Positions 49,025 to 59,355 of a stretch of DNA of 64,000 nt are shown one piece after another (the first letter of the stretch is position 1; the number at the start of each line of letters is the position of its first letter). Under the pieces are notes generated by a model. That model ran no database searches and had not been told where the DNA came from. It saw only the letters and a program-made list of their open reading frames with translations. A program made the position numbers and the translations under genes. Source of the DNA: Actinomycetales bacterium (GTDB lineage: Bacteria > Actinomycetota > Actinomycetes > Nanopelagicales > Nanopelagicaceae); the NCBI GenBank assembly GCA_046085985.1, contig JBJSWS010000206.1, positions 7,389 to 71,388 on the forward strand. Reading direction: 5' to 3'.

Positions 49025-50169
49025 ATTTCTTGAGCGATTTCGGGGTCCCTCTTTAGGACTCCTAGTACATAACCAATGGCAACAAAGGTTGCAATCAGAG
49101 AAGAGCCGCCATATGAGATGAATGGCAAAGTTACTCCCACGACTGGAAGCACACTAATTACGCTGCCAACATTCATTACAACTTGAATCGCGATCCAAGA
49201 TCCAATTCCGGCAATTACATATCGGTCAAATGAATTTTGGGCACGCAGGGCAACTCTAAAAATCGCCAAAATTAGAATTGCAAAAAGAAAAAGTACGACC
49301 AGAGTTCCAAGCAAACCGAGTTCCTCGCCGATTACGGAGAAAATAAAATCTGTGTGTGCTGCAGGTAAATTTCCCCACTTCTGCTTTCCAGAACCGAGTC
49401 CAGAACCAAAAATTCCACCAGAAGCCAGCCCCATCAAACTATGAGCTTGCTGCCAGCCAGCGCTCTTGAAATTCTCTTCTGAAAATGGGTCAGAAAATGC
49501 TGCCAATCGACTAAGTCGAGTCTGATTGGTTGCGATGAGGGCGATTGCTCCTAGAGTTACTATTCCAAGCAATGTCGCAAAATGTTTGATGCTTACACCT
49601 GATACAAAGAGTATTCCGCAAACGATTCCCGCAACCACAGTTGCAGTGCCAAGATCACGGCCCAGCAAGATAAAGCCCATTACCAATAACATGCCTGGTA
49701 AAAGTTTCGGCACCGGATTATTAATGCCAGTTCTTTCAATTTGTTGATCATTCTTCTTTAGAATTAGCGCACACCACATAATTAGGCCAAACTTTGCAAA
49801 CTCGCTTGGCTGTATTGAGAAGTTGCCGATTTCGATCCAATTTCGATTACCGCCCACCTCTTTACCTAGACCTGTAAATTGCGGCACGAGTAAGAAGAAA
49901 ATTGATACAAGTAACGCAAATCGAGCCTGCAATAGCCAGAGACGTTCTTTTAGATTTATAGCGAGCCAACAGAGGAAGATTGATATTCCTAGAAATATCG
50001 CCTGTCTAAAGACAACTGCAAATGAATTTCCGGATTCTGAAAGGGCTTGCACGGAGCTGGCGCTCAAGACCATCACGATACCTAATGCCGAAAGAATTGA
50101 TACTGAACCAAGAATTAAGTAATAGGCAGAGGCTGGACTTGCAAATAGAGATTTACGATTTGACATCAA
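48988..50169 (-). CDS. ftsW: SEDS-family peptidoglycan glycosyltransferase FtsW
   Basis: 393 aa polytopic membrane protein with motifs IQPSEFAK and TDFIFSVIGEELG. Confidence 0.9.
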   Translation of the reverse strand: MMSNRKSLFASPASAYYLILGSVSILSALGIVMVLSASSVQALSESGNSFAVVFRQAIFLGISIFLCWLAINLKERLWLLQARFALLVSIFFLLVPQFTGLGKEVGGNRNWIEIGNFSIQPSEFAKFGLIMWCALILKKNDQQIERTGINNPVPKLLPGMLLVMGFILLGRDLGTATVVAGIVCGILFVSGVSIKHFATLLGIVTLGAIALIATNQTRLSRLAAFSDPFSEENFKSAGWQQAHSLMGLASGGIFGSGLGSGKQKWGNLPAAHTDFIFSVIGEELGLLGTLVVLFLFAILILAIFRVALRAQNSFDRYVIAGIGSWIAIQVVMNVGSVISVLPVVGVTLPFISYGGSSLIATFVAIGYVLGVLKRDPEIAQEIWERKKAKIARG

Positions 50170-51514
50170 TTATCCGCCTTACCGAATCAGCAAATTTACT
50201 ACCTCTGTCTGCATAATTTTCGAATTGATCCATGGATGCGCAAGCAGGTGCCAATAAGACTGTATCTCCGCTATCCGCATGACTTTCTGCGATCCTTACT
50301 ACTTCATCCATCAATTCTGAACCTGAGAACTTATCTGCGATTAAGTGAATTCCAACATGTGGAGCATGTTTCGTTAAAGATTCAGCTATCAATTTCGCAT
50401 CTGTGCCAATCAAAATGGCAAACTTGATTCTACTGGCCACACTTAGTACCAAGTCATCCATTTGAGCATCTTTAGCCAAGCCGCCGGCAATCCAAATAGC
50501 GCTTAGTTGCGATTTCAGCGCTGCCTCTGCTGCATGAGGGTTAGTGGCTTTTGAATCATCTATCCATTTGATTCCTTTGAAATCCAAAATAAGTTGCAAT
50601 CGATGTTCGTCCAATCTAAAACTTCGCAACGCCGCAGCAATAGATTCTGGAGAAACTCCAGCTATTCGGGCCAAAGCTGATGCCGCCATCGCATTTGCAA
50701 CGTTGTGTGGCACTGCAGGTGTCAAGTCAGTTAGCTCGAACAGCACATCAGCATCGCCGGTTGAAAATGCTCGGTCTACAATCAAATTCTCCACCAAACC
50801 AATTTCGCCGATTGCGGGAGTCTGTAATGTGTAGGAAAAGGTTTGAGAATTCAAACCACGTACTTTCTCTAAATTTGAATCTTCCCCGTTGATCACCATT
50901 TTTTCTGACATCGACGCAAGTCGTAGTTTTGCGGAGAGGTAATTATGAAAAGATCCGTGCCAGTCGATGTGATCCTCTGCAATATTTAGAATTGCGCCAG
51001 CCGTAAACTTCGACTCTTGACTCCAATTCAATTGGAATGAAGAAAGCTCCAAAATTAAAGTTGAAATGGCAGGATCACCTGCTAGTTCTATTACCGTATC
51101 GCCAACATTTCCGCATGCACGAGCCGAAATTCCACCTTCCTGAAATATTTTTTCTGCCATTTGTACCGTAGTAGTTTTTCCATTTGTACCTGTAATCGCA
51201 TACCAAGCCTGTTTTGAATTGAGTTCAGATCTGACTCGCCAAGCCAGATCAACCTCTGATAGCAACTCAATTCCAAAACTTCGGGCCTCTTCAATCAGTG
51301 GGTGATTTAGGCGCCAACCCGGAGAAACTATCGCAAGGTGAAAATTTGCTAGCGAAATTTCGTTGAAGTCACGGATTGCACCGCCAGTTCCTTTTTCGTC
51401 TACAACTGTTAACCGGCAGCCATATTTATCTAAAAACGCTTGGGTGCTTTTTCCGGTCACGCCAGCGCCAAAGATTAGAATTTGCTTATCTTTGAGTCCG
51501 GCGAGAAATGTCAT
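50153..51514 (-). CDS. murD: UDP-N-acetylmuramoylalanine--D-glutamate ligase
   Basis: Motifs ILIFGAGVTGKS and ITGTNGKTTT. I prefer the ATG at 51514, which is 1 nt after the mraY stop. The ORF track starts at a TTG at 51523. Confidence 0.92.
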   Translation of the reverse strand: MTFLAGLKDKQILIFGAGVTGKSTQAFLDKYGCRLTVVDEKGTGGAIRDFNEISLANFHLAIVSPGWRLNHPLIEEARSFGIELLSEVDLAWRVRSELNSKQAWYAITGTNGKTTTVQMAEKIFQEGGISARACGNVGDTVIELAGDPAISTLILELSSFQLNWSQESKFTAGAILNIAEDHIDWHGSFHNYLSAKLRLASMSEKMVINGEDSNLEKVRGLNSQTFSYTLQTPAIGEIGLVENLIVDRAFSTGDADVLFELTDLTPAVPHNVANAMAASALARIAGVSPESIAAALRSFRLDEHRLQLILDFKGIKWIDDSKATNPHAAEAALKSQLSAIWIAGGLAKDAQMDDLVLSVASRIKFAILIGTDAKLIAESLTKHAPHVGIHLIADKFSGSELMDEVVRIAESHADSGDTVLLAPACASMDQFENYADRGSKFADSVRRIIDVKS

Positions 51515-51515
51515 T

Positions 51516-52571
51516 TTAGGCAACTACCCATTGCGCGTAGAAAAGCCCGAGCGCAGCCGCAACAGAAAGTCCGGCAATTATCCAAAATCTAATGACGATT
51601 GTAACCTCGCCCCATCCTAAAAGTTCAAAATGATGTTGAAGTGGTGCCATTTTGAAAACCCGTTTACCGCCAGAAATTTTAAAATATGTGGTTTGAATAA
51701 TTACCGATAATGTAATTAATACAAATAGTCCGCCGATTGGAATTAGAAGTAATTCTGTTCTTAAAGTCATGGCTAAACCTGCTAATGCCCCACCTAGTGC
51801 AAGTGAACCGGTATCTCCCATAAATATTCGCGCTGGCGAAGCATTCCACCAGAGAAATCCAGCGCAGGCGCCGGCCAGTGAAGCTGCAAGTACCGCCATA
51901 TCCAAAGGATCACGTGCGTTGTAACAATTGCTCACAACTATTTCGCAGCGCTGGCCAAATTTCCAAACCCCAATAAGCACAAATGCCAGAAAGGACATTA
52001 TTGCCGCACCAGAAGCTAATCCATCTAAACCATCAGTCAGGTTAACTCCGTTGCTGGTTCCGACAACCATAAGAATTGCCCAAATAATTACCAAAACTAA
52101 AGCAAGTTTTATGCTGGTATCTCTAACAGTTGATAGATAAAGTGATTTTGGAGTATTTCCAATTTCATCTGGAAATCTGGTAGCCATGAATCCAAATACG
52201 CCCGCAACCAAGGATTGTCCGATTATTTTCTCACGAGCACGAAGTCCCAGAGATCTTTGCTTAAAGACTTTCAACCAATCATCTAAGAAACCTATTAGTC
52301 CCAAAGCTACGATTAGTCCAAGTACCAATAACGCAGAAACTGTTATAGGAACTTCAGTTATTAGGTGGGAAATTAAGTACCCGACAATCGTTGCAAAAAT
52401 AAGTACAACTCCACCCATAGTCGGTGTTCCATGCTTTATATGGTGGGTTTTCGGACCGTCATCTCTTATTTGTTGGCCATAGCCTCTCTTAGATAAGAAC
52501 TTAATAAAAATTGGAGTCAAGAAAAAACTCAGTAGAAAGGCTGTAAGGCCAGAAATTAGGATGCCTCTCAA
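51516..52571 (-). CDS. mraY: phospho-N-acetylmuramoyl-pentapeptide transferase
   Basis: 351 aa with motifs [16 protein letters not shown] and [11 protein letters not shown]. Confidence 0.95.
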   Translation of the reverse strand: MRGILISGLTAFLLSFFLTPIFIKFLSKRGYGQQIRDDGPKTHHIKHGTPTMGGVVLIFATIVGYLISHLITEVPITVSALLVLGLIVALGLIGFLDDWLKVFKQRSLGLRAREKIIGQSLVAGVFGFMATRFPDEIGNTPKSLYLSTVRDTSIKLALVLVIIWAILMVVGTSNGVNLTDGLDGLASGAAIMSFLAFVLIGVWKFGQRCEIVVSNCYNARDPLDMAVLAASLAGACAGFLWWNASPARIFMGDTGSLALGGALAGLAMTLRTELLLIPIGGLFVLITLSVIIQTTYFKISGGKRVFKMAPLQHHFELLGWGEVTIVIRFWIIAGLSVAAALGLFYAQWVVA

Positions 52572-52572
52572 G

Positions 52573-53955
52573 TTATGACTCCTTTACTTCTCTTGAATTT
52601 AGTTCTAAGTACAACTCTTCAGCCAATTTATCTAAATTTTCGGCTCTCGAAGCTTTGATCAGAACCGCATCCCCAGAATTTATCTCGGCGAAGAAACTCT
52701 TGGCCTCTTGCCAGTCCGAGACAAAATGTGATGTGGTCTTTCCAGAACTTTGCAACGCTAAATAGCTTTGCTCGCCAATTGCCACCAAATGATCTATTCC
52801 CAATTGCTCTGCCACAGTAGCTATATCTTGATGCATAGCAACTTCTTCTGTGCCAAGCTCATGCATCTTTCCCAGAAAGGCCCATGAGATGCCACCGCTC
52901 TCCTGCGTCAGAAGCGATAGGGTTTTAAGCGCCGCTTTCATGCTCTCCGGATTTGCATTGTATGCATCATTGATTACCGTGACATCTGCAAACTTTCTTA
53001 GGTCCATGCGCCACTTACTTGCACTCTTATGGGAAGAGAGCGCACTTGCAATTTGGCTTGTTGAAACTCCGAGTGTAAATGCGCCTGCAGCTGCTGCAAG
53101 GGCATTTGGAATTTGATGTTCACCTAAGACTTGTAATTCGATGTGTTCTCGCGACTCTGGCGTCACCAAATCAAAAGAGGCAAATCCGCCTTTGATTTCA
53201 ATATCTGCTGCTCTGAAATCATCGCTATTAGCGAGACCAAATTGAAACTTTCTCAAGTTCAATCCGTCAGCCATATTCGGTGTAAATTCATCAAAATTAC
53301 CGAGGACTGCAATCGCTCCTTCTCGTAGACCGCGAATTAATTCACTCTTCGTCTGAGCAATCTTCTCTCGACTTCCGAATTCACCAAGGTGAGCTACACC
53401 AACCTTTAAGACAATTCCCACATCGGGTATACCGATTTGTGTTAACTTTCCAATGTCTCCCATATGTCTTGCGCCCATTTCAAGAATGCAGTACCTAGTC
53501 TCTTGATTGCATCTAAGAAGAGTTATTGGGACGCCAATATCATTATTGTACGAACCGATTGGAGCGATAGTTTCCCCAACGCTTCCCAAAACCGTGTGCA
53601 ACATATCTTTAGTTGTAGTCTTACCTTGCGATCCAGTAATTCCTACCACTTTCAAATTGGTCAATTTTTTTCTAACTTCTCTGGCCAATGTTGAGACTGC
53701 CACTAAAACATCAGGCACCAAGATATGTGGTCCCACTATCTCTCTATTGACGACCGCTAACATAGCGCCACGCGCAAAAGCATCTTCGGCAAAATCATGC
53801 CCATCTAATTTTTCGCCTTTTAAAGCTATAAATACATCGCCCGACTTTATTGCTCTTGAATCAAATTGAAAATCGCCAGAAATTTCAAAATCAGTTTCGG
53901 AGACCAATGTACCATTCATAATTTTGGCAATCTCTGAAGCTGACATACTAATCAT
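52573..53955 (-). CDS. murF: UDP-N-acetylmuramoyl-tripeptide--D-alanyl-D-alanine ligase
   Basis: 460 aa with motif [14 protein letters not shown]. Positioned between murE and mraY. Confidence 0.9.
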   Translation of the reverse strand: MISMSASEIAKIMNGTLVSETDFEISGDFQFDSRAIKSGDVFIALKGEKLDGHDFAEDAFARGAMLAVVNREIVGPHILVPDVLVAVSTLAREVRKKLTNLKVVGITGSQGKTTTKDMLHTVLGSVGETIAPIGSYNNDIGVPITLLRCNQETRYCILEMGARHMGDIGKLTQIGIPDVGIVLKVGVAHLGEFGSREKIAQTKSELIRGLREGAIAVLGNFDEFTPNMADGLNLRKFQFGLANSDDFRAADIEIKGGFASFDLVTPESREHIELQVLGEHQIPNALAAAAGAFTLGVSTSQIASALSSHKSASKWRMDLRKFADVTVINDAYNANPESMKAALKTLSLLTQESGGISWAFLGKMHELGTEEVAMHQDIATVAEQLGIDHLVAIGEQSYLALQSSGKTTSHFVSDWQEAKSFFAEINSGDAVLIKASRAENLDKLAEELYLELNSREVKES

Positions 53956-55435
53956 TTCCAGCCACCGCCTTAATCAGTTCCTCGCGATCGCTAAATGGAA
54001 GTTTTTTCCCAAGAATTTCTTGACCTTCCTCATGACCTTTACCTAAGACAATTATTAGATCTCCTTCTTTTGCAATGGCTACCGCTCTAGATATAGCTGC
54101 TCTGCGGTCAGAGATTATTTCGGCCCCTGCCTTTAACGATAATCCATAGGTCATTTCTTTGAGGATGTCATCTGCATTTTCACTTCTTGGGTTATCACTG
54201 GTAAATATTGGTAGATCGCAGCCACTATTTAGAGCTTCACCCATTAACGGTCGTTTACCTCTGTCGCGGTCACCCCCACAACCTAAAACCCCAATGATTC
54301 TTCCTACTTTTAACTCCCGAATGGAATCAAGAATCCGCGTTACCGCATCAGGGGTATGCGCGTAATCGACAAATGCCAAGAAAGGTTCGCTGATTACAAG
54401 TTCTAGTCGACCTGGCGCCCCAGTCAGTTTGCTTAAAGTTGGCGCTATTTGCGCATCAGACATTCCGCTATTAGATGCCATGGCCACTGCCAGAAGTAAG
54501 TTCTCTAAATTGTGCCGTCCTAGAAGTGGCACCATTCCGCTAATTGAATTGCCCTCTTTGCTTGATATTTCTATTTGGTAGGAACCGTTAACTCGTCGAA
54601 ATTCCTTGACATTCCAATCTGCTTTTCCAGATATAGAAAGAGATTTAGCATTAATGGTAATTTCTGAGATTAGACGTTTGCCGTACTCGTTGTCGATATT
54701 TACAAATGCTGTTTCAGAATATTCATGCGAAAAGAGCAGCTTCTTAGCAAGATAGTAGTTCTCCATATTCTTGTGATAATCAAGATGGTCCTGCGATAAG
54801 TTCGTGAATCCCACTGCACTAAACATTACTTTTTTCACTCTATCCTGAACGAGGGCATGACTACTTACTTCCATTACAGCCTGATTGATATTTTCTTCGA
54901 CCATTCTTGCCAGAATTCGCTCAAGTTGATCAGAAGATGGAGTGGTACGTTCGGCTTCCCAGTGCTCATCTCCTGCAAATATTGCAACAGTTCCAATTAA
55001 CCCTGTTGGTTTTATATTTGCAGTAGTCCACATCTGGTGAAGTAAATATGAAGTTGTTGTCTTCCCGTTAGTTCCGGTTATCCCGTAAAGCTTCATCTTT
55101 GAACTTGGGCTGCTATAAAACCAATCAGAAAGTTCTGCCCAATTGGAACGTAAATTTGAATCAACTAGTAGTGGCACCGAACTGCTTTTTGCCGAGGCAA
55201 GTGATGACCCTTCGGTATCGGTCAGTATCGCCCTGGCACCACGTTGCAGCGCAGTTTCGAGAAAATTTACTCCATGAGATCTCTCGCCAGATAGAGCTAA
55301 GAAAAGATCACCCGGTTCTACCAAGCGCGAATCACTGCAAATTCCGGTAACTTCAATCTTTGAATCAACTGCAATCTTCAAAAAGTTGGCAATCTCTACG
55401 AGTGATTTTGGAGAAGGTTTCTTCGGGCGGATCAT
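53948..55435 (-). CDS. murE: UDP-N-acetylmuramoyl-L-alanyl-D-glutamate--2,6-diaminopimelate ligase
   Basis: 495 aa with motifs GITGTNGKTTTSYL and a DNPR-like SDNPRSE. ATGA overlap with ftsI. Confidence 0.92.
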   Translation of the reverse strand: MIRPKKPSPKSLVEIANFLKIAVDSKIEVTGICSDSRLVEPGDLFLALSGERSHGVNFLETALQRGARAILTDTEGSSLASAKSSSVPLLVDSNLRSNWAELSDWFYSSPSSKMKLYGITGTNGKTTTSYLLHQMWTTANIKPTGLIGTVAIFAGDEHWEAERTTPSSDQLERILARMVEENINQAVMEVSSHALVQDRVKKVMFSAVGFTNLSQDHLDYHKNMENYYLAKKLLFSHEYSETAFVNIDNEYGKRLISEITINAKSLSISGKADWNVKEFRRVNGSYQIEISSKEGNSISGMVPLLGRHNLENLLLAVAMASNSGMSDAQIAPTLSKLTGAPGRLELVISEPFLAFVDYAHTPDAVTRILDSIRELKVGRIIGVLGCGGDRDRGKRPLMGEALNSGCDLPIFTSDNPRSENADDILKEMTYGLSLKAGAEIISDRRAAISRAVAIAKEGDLIIVLGKGHEEGQEILGKKLPFSDREELIKAVAGND

Positions 55436-57261
55436 TGGCTAGCACCTTGGCTCTTGGATTTAGCGCTTTGCATTTCTGCCATTTTCTTCTTTAGGCCTCG
55501 CTCATCGAGTGCATATCCAGTTCCTGGAAAAGTTGTTGGCGGAACATGTTGGTTTTGCAAGACAAAACTCATAACTTCCTTGAAGACCGGTCCTCCCAGG
55601 TAACCACCGTAATAGACACCTTTCGGATCCTGGATCGTCACGCTAATTACATATTTCGGCTTGTCGGCAGGAGCAAAACCGATAAACGAAGATGTGTAGC
55701 CGTCATAACAACCGCACGAGTCATTAACTCTTCTTGCAGTTCCAGTTTTTCCGGCGACTCTGTATCCAGAAATGGCAGCTTCCGGCGCTGTTCCAGATGC
55801 TGAAACCACACTCTCCAACATTTCGCGAATTTTGGTAGCTGTTTCTTTGCTGATGATCTTAGTTTCTTTGCCTTTATCAGAAGGAGTAAATCTTCCAGCA
55901 GCATCACTAACTCCAGCAATTAATGTAGGAGCAACGCGCACGCCATCGTTTGCAATGGTTGCAAAAACAGATGTTGCCTGCATCGCTGTTACCGAATAGC
56001 CCTGGCCGATTGCAACTGTCGGTGCTGTTGTTCCGGACCAGTCTGAAACATCTAAAAGTTTTCCAGGTTCTTCGCCAGGCAATCCCGAGCCAGTTTTTTG
56101 CCCTATGCCAAATTTAATCAAGTAATCATGTAATTTATCGTGAGATAACATCTCGCCCACTTGAATTGCCGCCACGTTACTAGATTGCGCTAACGCACCT
56201 GCCATTGTTAGTTTCAAAACAGGATGCGGATCGTGATCTTTGAAGACTTTGTCATACCGCTTAATCTTGTATGGGACTGTAATGACTGTTTCAGGGTTTA
56301 TCTTTCCTTCTTCAATTGCTGCCGCATATGTAATTACTTTTCCAGTAGAGCCTGGATCATAAATTTCTTGCACAGAAGGGTTCTTCCAATGATACGGATT
56401 AACGCCACTTGTCTTTCCAGGTGTAAAGGAGGGGTATGTTGCGTGAGCCAAAATTTGACCATTCGTAGGATTCATAACAATTACTGTGCCCGATAATGCT
56501 CGAGCTTTTCTTACAGCTTTTGCGATAGCGCGCTGTGCAACCCATTGAACATCTCGATCGATTGTCAGTCGAACGGTGTTGCCTCTTCGTTCTTCAGTCG
56601 TAATCTTTTGCGTTCCTGGAATTATCGTCCCGCCGGCATTTGAATAGGTGTACTGGCCATTTACGCCGGCCAATCTCGAATTCATTGAATACTCCAGGCC
56701 AGCCGCTCCTGTTCCAGCTTGATTAACAAATCCAATAACTGCCGCCGCTAGCTCGCCTTCCGGATATTCGCGCGCATAGATTCGTTCTGCAAAAAAACCT
56801 GCTAATTGCTTTGCATATCCATTCTTACTCTGAAGCATCGTCTCGTTATATGAATCCACAGCTTTTTCGAGATTTCGCCATACCTCTGGGGGCGCACTTT
56901 GAACTATAACTACGTATCTGCGATCGCCAATTAACTTCTCTTCTAAATATTTCGGATCCATCTTCAAAATTGGTGCCGCTAAAGTTGCTAATTCTCTTGG
57001 ATATTGAATGATTGCCTGGTCCACGAGAATTCGGTAGGAAATTACGCTCCTTGCAAATTCAACACCATTTACATCAGTAATTGCGCCACGAGGTGCCAAG
57101 ATCGTCGATTGTTTAGTTAACTCATTTTCTGCTCTATCTGCGATACCAGATGCATTAACTGCTTGTACATCAATCAACCGAACTGCGAAAAGAAGAAGCA
57201 AAACCAGTGCAGTTGCTACCAGATAACGTATCCGTTGCTCAATAAGCTTCTGGTGACTCAT
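55432..57261 (-). CDS. ftsI: class B penicillin-binding protein (FtsI/PbpB transpeptidase)
   Basis: 609 aa with an N-terminal transmembrane anchor and transpeptidase motifs STGK (PGSTGKV), SSN and KTGT. Confidence 0.9.
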   Translation of the reverse strand: MSHQKLIEQRIRYLVATALVLLLLFAVRLIDVQAVNASGIADRAENELTKQSTILAPRGAITDVNGVEFARSVISYRILVDQAIIQYPRELATLAAPILKMDPKYLEEKLIGDRRYVVIVQSAPPEVWRNLEKAVDSYNETMLQSKNGYAKQLAGFFAERIYAREYPEGELAAAVIGFVNQAGTGAAGLEYSMNSRLAGVNGQYTYSNAGGTIIPGTQKITTEERRGNTVRLTIDRDVQWVAQRAIAKAVRKARALSGTVIVMNPTNGQILAHATYPSFTPGKTSGVNPYHWKNPSVQEIYDPGSTGKVITYAAAIEEGKINPETVITVPYKIKRYDKVFKDHDPHPVLKLTMAGALAQSSNVAAIQVGEMLSHDKLHDYLIKFGIGQKTGSGLPGEEPGKLLDVSDWSGTTAPTVAIGQGYSVTAMQATSVFATIANDGVRVAPTLIAGVSDAAGRFTPSDKGKETKIISKETATKIREMLESVVSASGTAPEAAISGYRVAGKTGTARRVNDSCGCYDGYTSSFIGFAPADKPKYVISVTIQDPKGVYYGGYLGGPVFKEVMSFVLQNQHVPPTTFPGTGYALDERGLKKKMAEMQSAKSKSQGASQ

Positions 57262-57674
57262 CAGCGATTTCCATCCGGCAACTTATTAGTTTGAGTAATG
57301 GAAATATCCAAGAATCTTGGTTTGGAACTTTGAATCATTCCTAGAGCGATTGCTCTGCTGGAGAGATTTTCTGGACTAGATAGGCGCGCTACCTCTCTTA
57401 GAGCTGCTTCTCTTTCCTCGTTAATTGCTATCGCCTCTAGTTTTAATTCGCGGATCTTGACTGCATCATTTCCTAATAAGACATTGATTCCGAGCAATCC
57501 AAGTAGCCCGAGAGCCAATATGGCCCCGATGATTGCGTAGAAAATTCGATCAGATGCTTTCTCGCCAGCAACTGGACGAAGTTCAGGTACAACTTTGAGA
57601 ACTGCCTGAGTCGATTTATCAATTACTGCTTTCCGGGATCTTTCTACCGCCGGTGCGAGAGCGAATAGCGCCAT
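57261..57674 (-). CDS. FtsL-like bitopic membrane/coiled-coil protein
   Basis: 137 aa with a single transmembrane helix followed by a short coiled coil. Occupies the ftsL slot between rsmH and ftsI. There is no sequence-level family proof. Confidence 0.55.
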   Translation of the reverse strand: MALFALAPAVERSRKAVIDKSTQAVLKVVPELRPVAGEKASDRIFYAIIGAILALGLLGLLGINVLLGNDAVKIRELKLEAIAINEEREAALREVARLSSPENLSSRAIALGMIQSSKPRFLDISITQTNKLPDGNR

Positions 57675-58633
57675 TAAGCAGCCACCCGCTCTATCGCACG
57701 TAGTCGGACGGATTGCGCACGGGAATTTTCAGAGATTTCAAGATCAGTTGCTTTTTCACTACCGTTAAAAAGTAAGGCAAATTTAGGTCTATGACTTTCG
57801 AGTTCAACTGGAAGATTTAATGGCGCGGTTGATTTACATACTTGCGCAAATGCTCGTTTTACAATCCGATCTTCAAGTGATTGGAATGACATTACGACCA
57901 TACGTCCGCCAACTTTTAGTCGCGCAAGCGCCTCCGGAATAGCTCTTTCAAGAATAGAAAGTTCTTGATTTACTTCGATGCGAAGAGCTTGAAATGTTCG
58001 TTTTGCTGGATTTCCACCTACGCGACGAGCAGGCGCTGGAATACTTTCTTTGACAATTTGAGCGAGTTGGGTAGTGCTTTCGATTCTCTCCTTATTTCTA
58101 TGCTTAACAATATTTGACGCGATTCGACTTGCGAATCTCTCTTCTCCATATTCTCTGATTACTTGCGTGAGTTCCTCTTTAGAGTAGTTAGCAATAATTT
58201 CGGCGGCGCTCTTTCCAGAATTTTGATCCATCCGCATATCAAGCGCTGCCGGGCTCGCATATGAGAAACCGCGCTCGCTGGTATCAATCTGCATTGAGGA
58301 GAGACCGAGATCGAAGAGGATTCCGTCAACTTGCGCAATCTGTAGATCGTTCAAGACCGAATTGAGATCGTCGTAAATGGCGTGAAAAATATGGATTCGA
58401 TCTTTGTATGGAGCTAACCTGGAAGAAGCTAATGCGATTGCTTCTTTATCTCGATCCAAACCAACTAAAGTTAAATTTGAAAATTTTTCCAGAAACGCTT
58501 CTGCGTGGCCGCCTAGCCCGAGAGTTGCATCTAAATAAATCGGTGATTCTTTTCCAGCAAAAGCAGGCGAAAGCAAAGCGATGCAACGATCTAGCATCAC
58601 TGATTTGTGAATTACTTTCCCTGAATCCATCAT
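57674..58633 (-). CDS. rsmH: 16S rRNA (cytosine1402-N4)-methyltransferase
   Basis: 319 aa with motifs HKSVML, DATLGLGGH and DLGLSSMQ. Confidence 0.95.
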   Translation of the reverse strand: MMDSGKVIHKSVMLDRCIALLSPAFAGKESPIYLDATLGLGGHAEAFLEKFSNLTLVGLDRDKEAIALASSRLAPYKDRIHIFHAIYDDLNSVLNDLQIAQVDGILFDLGLSSMQIDTSERGFSYASPAALDMRMDQNSGKSAAEIIANYSKEELTQVIREYGEERFASRIASNIVKHRNKERIESTTQLAQIVKESIPAPARRVGGNPAKRTFQALRIEVNQELSILERAIPEALARLKVGGRMVVMSFQSLEDRIVKRAFAQVCKSTAPLNLPVELESHRPKFALLFNGSEKATDLEISENSRAQSVRLRAIERVAA

Positions 58634-58653
58634 TTCCCCAAATTTCTAAATTT

Positions 58654-58753
58654 CCTCTCCTCTGGTCACCGCCGGCCGACGGATTCAGGGGTTCGAACGG
58701 CACCGGGGAAGAGGCGCCGCTCGCAAATTGGTCGGCGGTGGCCAAAAGAGAGG
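58654..58753 (-). ncRNA. GC-rich structured RNA between mraZ and rsmH (mraW-motif-like)
   Basis: Minus-strand RNA. The outer helix pairs CCUCUCUUUUGGCCACCGCCGAC with GUCGGCCGGCGGUGACCAGAGGAGAGG. The inner 11-bp hairpin pairs CGAGCGGCGCC with GGUGCCGUUCG around loop UCUUCCCC. It is far more GC-rich than its surroundings, and its position upstream of rsmH (mraW) matches the described actinobacterial mraW motif. Confidence 0.5.
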
Positions 58754-58759
58754 CGTTAT

Positions 58760-59191
58760 TTAGAACAGTCCCGGGAACACCTCCTCTGAAACGTCGGCGA
58801 ACCCTTTTTCACGATCTTTCAAATAACTCTTCCAAGATTTTGCATCCCAAATTTCAACTCGCGTATTTGCGCCGATGACAACGCAATCTCGATCTAGCGC
58901 TGCATATTCACGTAAGCCATTTGGAATTGTTACTCGACCTTGCTTATCTGGAATTTCGTCATGTGCGCCGGCAAACATGACGCGCATGTAGTCACGCGCC
59001 GATTTAGCTGTTAGTGGTGCCTGTCTTAGCTGCTCTGTAATTCGAGCAAATTCAGCACTTGGAAAAACATAGAGTGATCTCTCTTGGCCCTTTGTAATAA
59101 CTAGGCCGCTAGCTAACTCATCTCGAAATTTCGCCGGCAGAATCAATCTGCCCTTCTCATCTAGGCGAGGTTCATGGGTGCCAAGAAACAC
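58760..59191 (-). CDS. mraZ: division/cell wall cluster transcriptional regulator MraZ
   Basis: 143 aa with a duplicated SpoVT/AbrB-like motif ([13 protein letters not shown] and [13 protein letters not shown]). GTG start preceded by GGGAGG. Confidence 0.93.
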   Translation of the reverse strand: MFLGTHEPRLDEKGRLILPAKFRDELASGLVITKGQERSLYVFPSAEFARITEQLRQAPLTAKSARDYMRVMFAGAHDEIPDKQGRVTIPNGLREYAALDRDCVVIGANTRVEIWDAKSWKSYLKDREKGFADVSEEVFPGLF

Positions 59192-59235
59192 TTAAACCTC
59201 CCCAAGAGATAGCAGAACCCCCGTTCTGCTTAATT

Positions 59236-59281
59236 CCCCACTTTACTCCCTTTTACTCCATTTTCAACCACCTTTCTCCAT
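59236..59281 (-). promoter_or_regulatory. candidate MraZ operator: five direct repeats phased every 10 bp
   Basis: Minus-strand hexamers ATGGAG, GTGGTT, ATGGAG, AGGGAG, GTGGGG. On the plus strand they are CTCCAT 59276, AACCAC 59266, CTCCAT 59256, CTCCCT 59246 and CCCCAC 59236, spaced exactly 10 bp apart, 45-90 nt upstream of mraZ. Confidence 0.55.
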
Positions 59282-59312
59282 TTTCTTTCCCCGCCCCTCC
59301 ACCTGAGGGCAT

Positions 59313-59340
59313 AAAAAAAACCCGCCATTTCGGCGGGTGC
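59313..59340 (-). terminator. rho-independent terminator after the DUF3040 gene
   Basis: Minus strand reads GCACCCGCC-GAAAT-GGCGGG followed by TTTTTTTT. The stem is 59321-59326 and 59332-59337, and the T-tract is 59313-59320. Confidence 0.75.
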
Positions 59341-59355
59341 AATTGGGTAATACCT

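Noticed and set aside
58690-58700. The TTCGAAC sequence as an actinobacterial LexA (SOS) box half-site upstream of rsmH.
   Set aside because: There is no partner half-site at the required spacing. The sequence is part of one arm of the 11-bp hairpin in the structured RNA element.
58408-58878. The 156-aa plus-strand ORF spanning the rsmH-mraZ spacer, and the 99-aa minus-strand ORF at 58446-58745.
   Set aside because: Both overlap well-supported rsmH and mraZ coding sequence out of frame or antisense, and they are held open by the GC-rich structured spacer. Neither has recognisable protein features.
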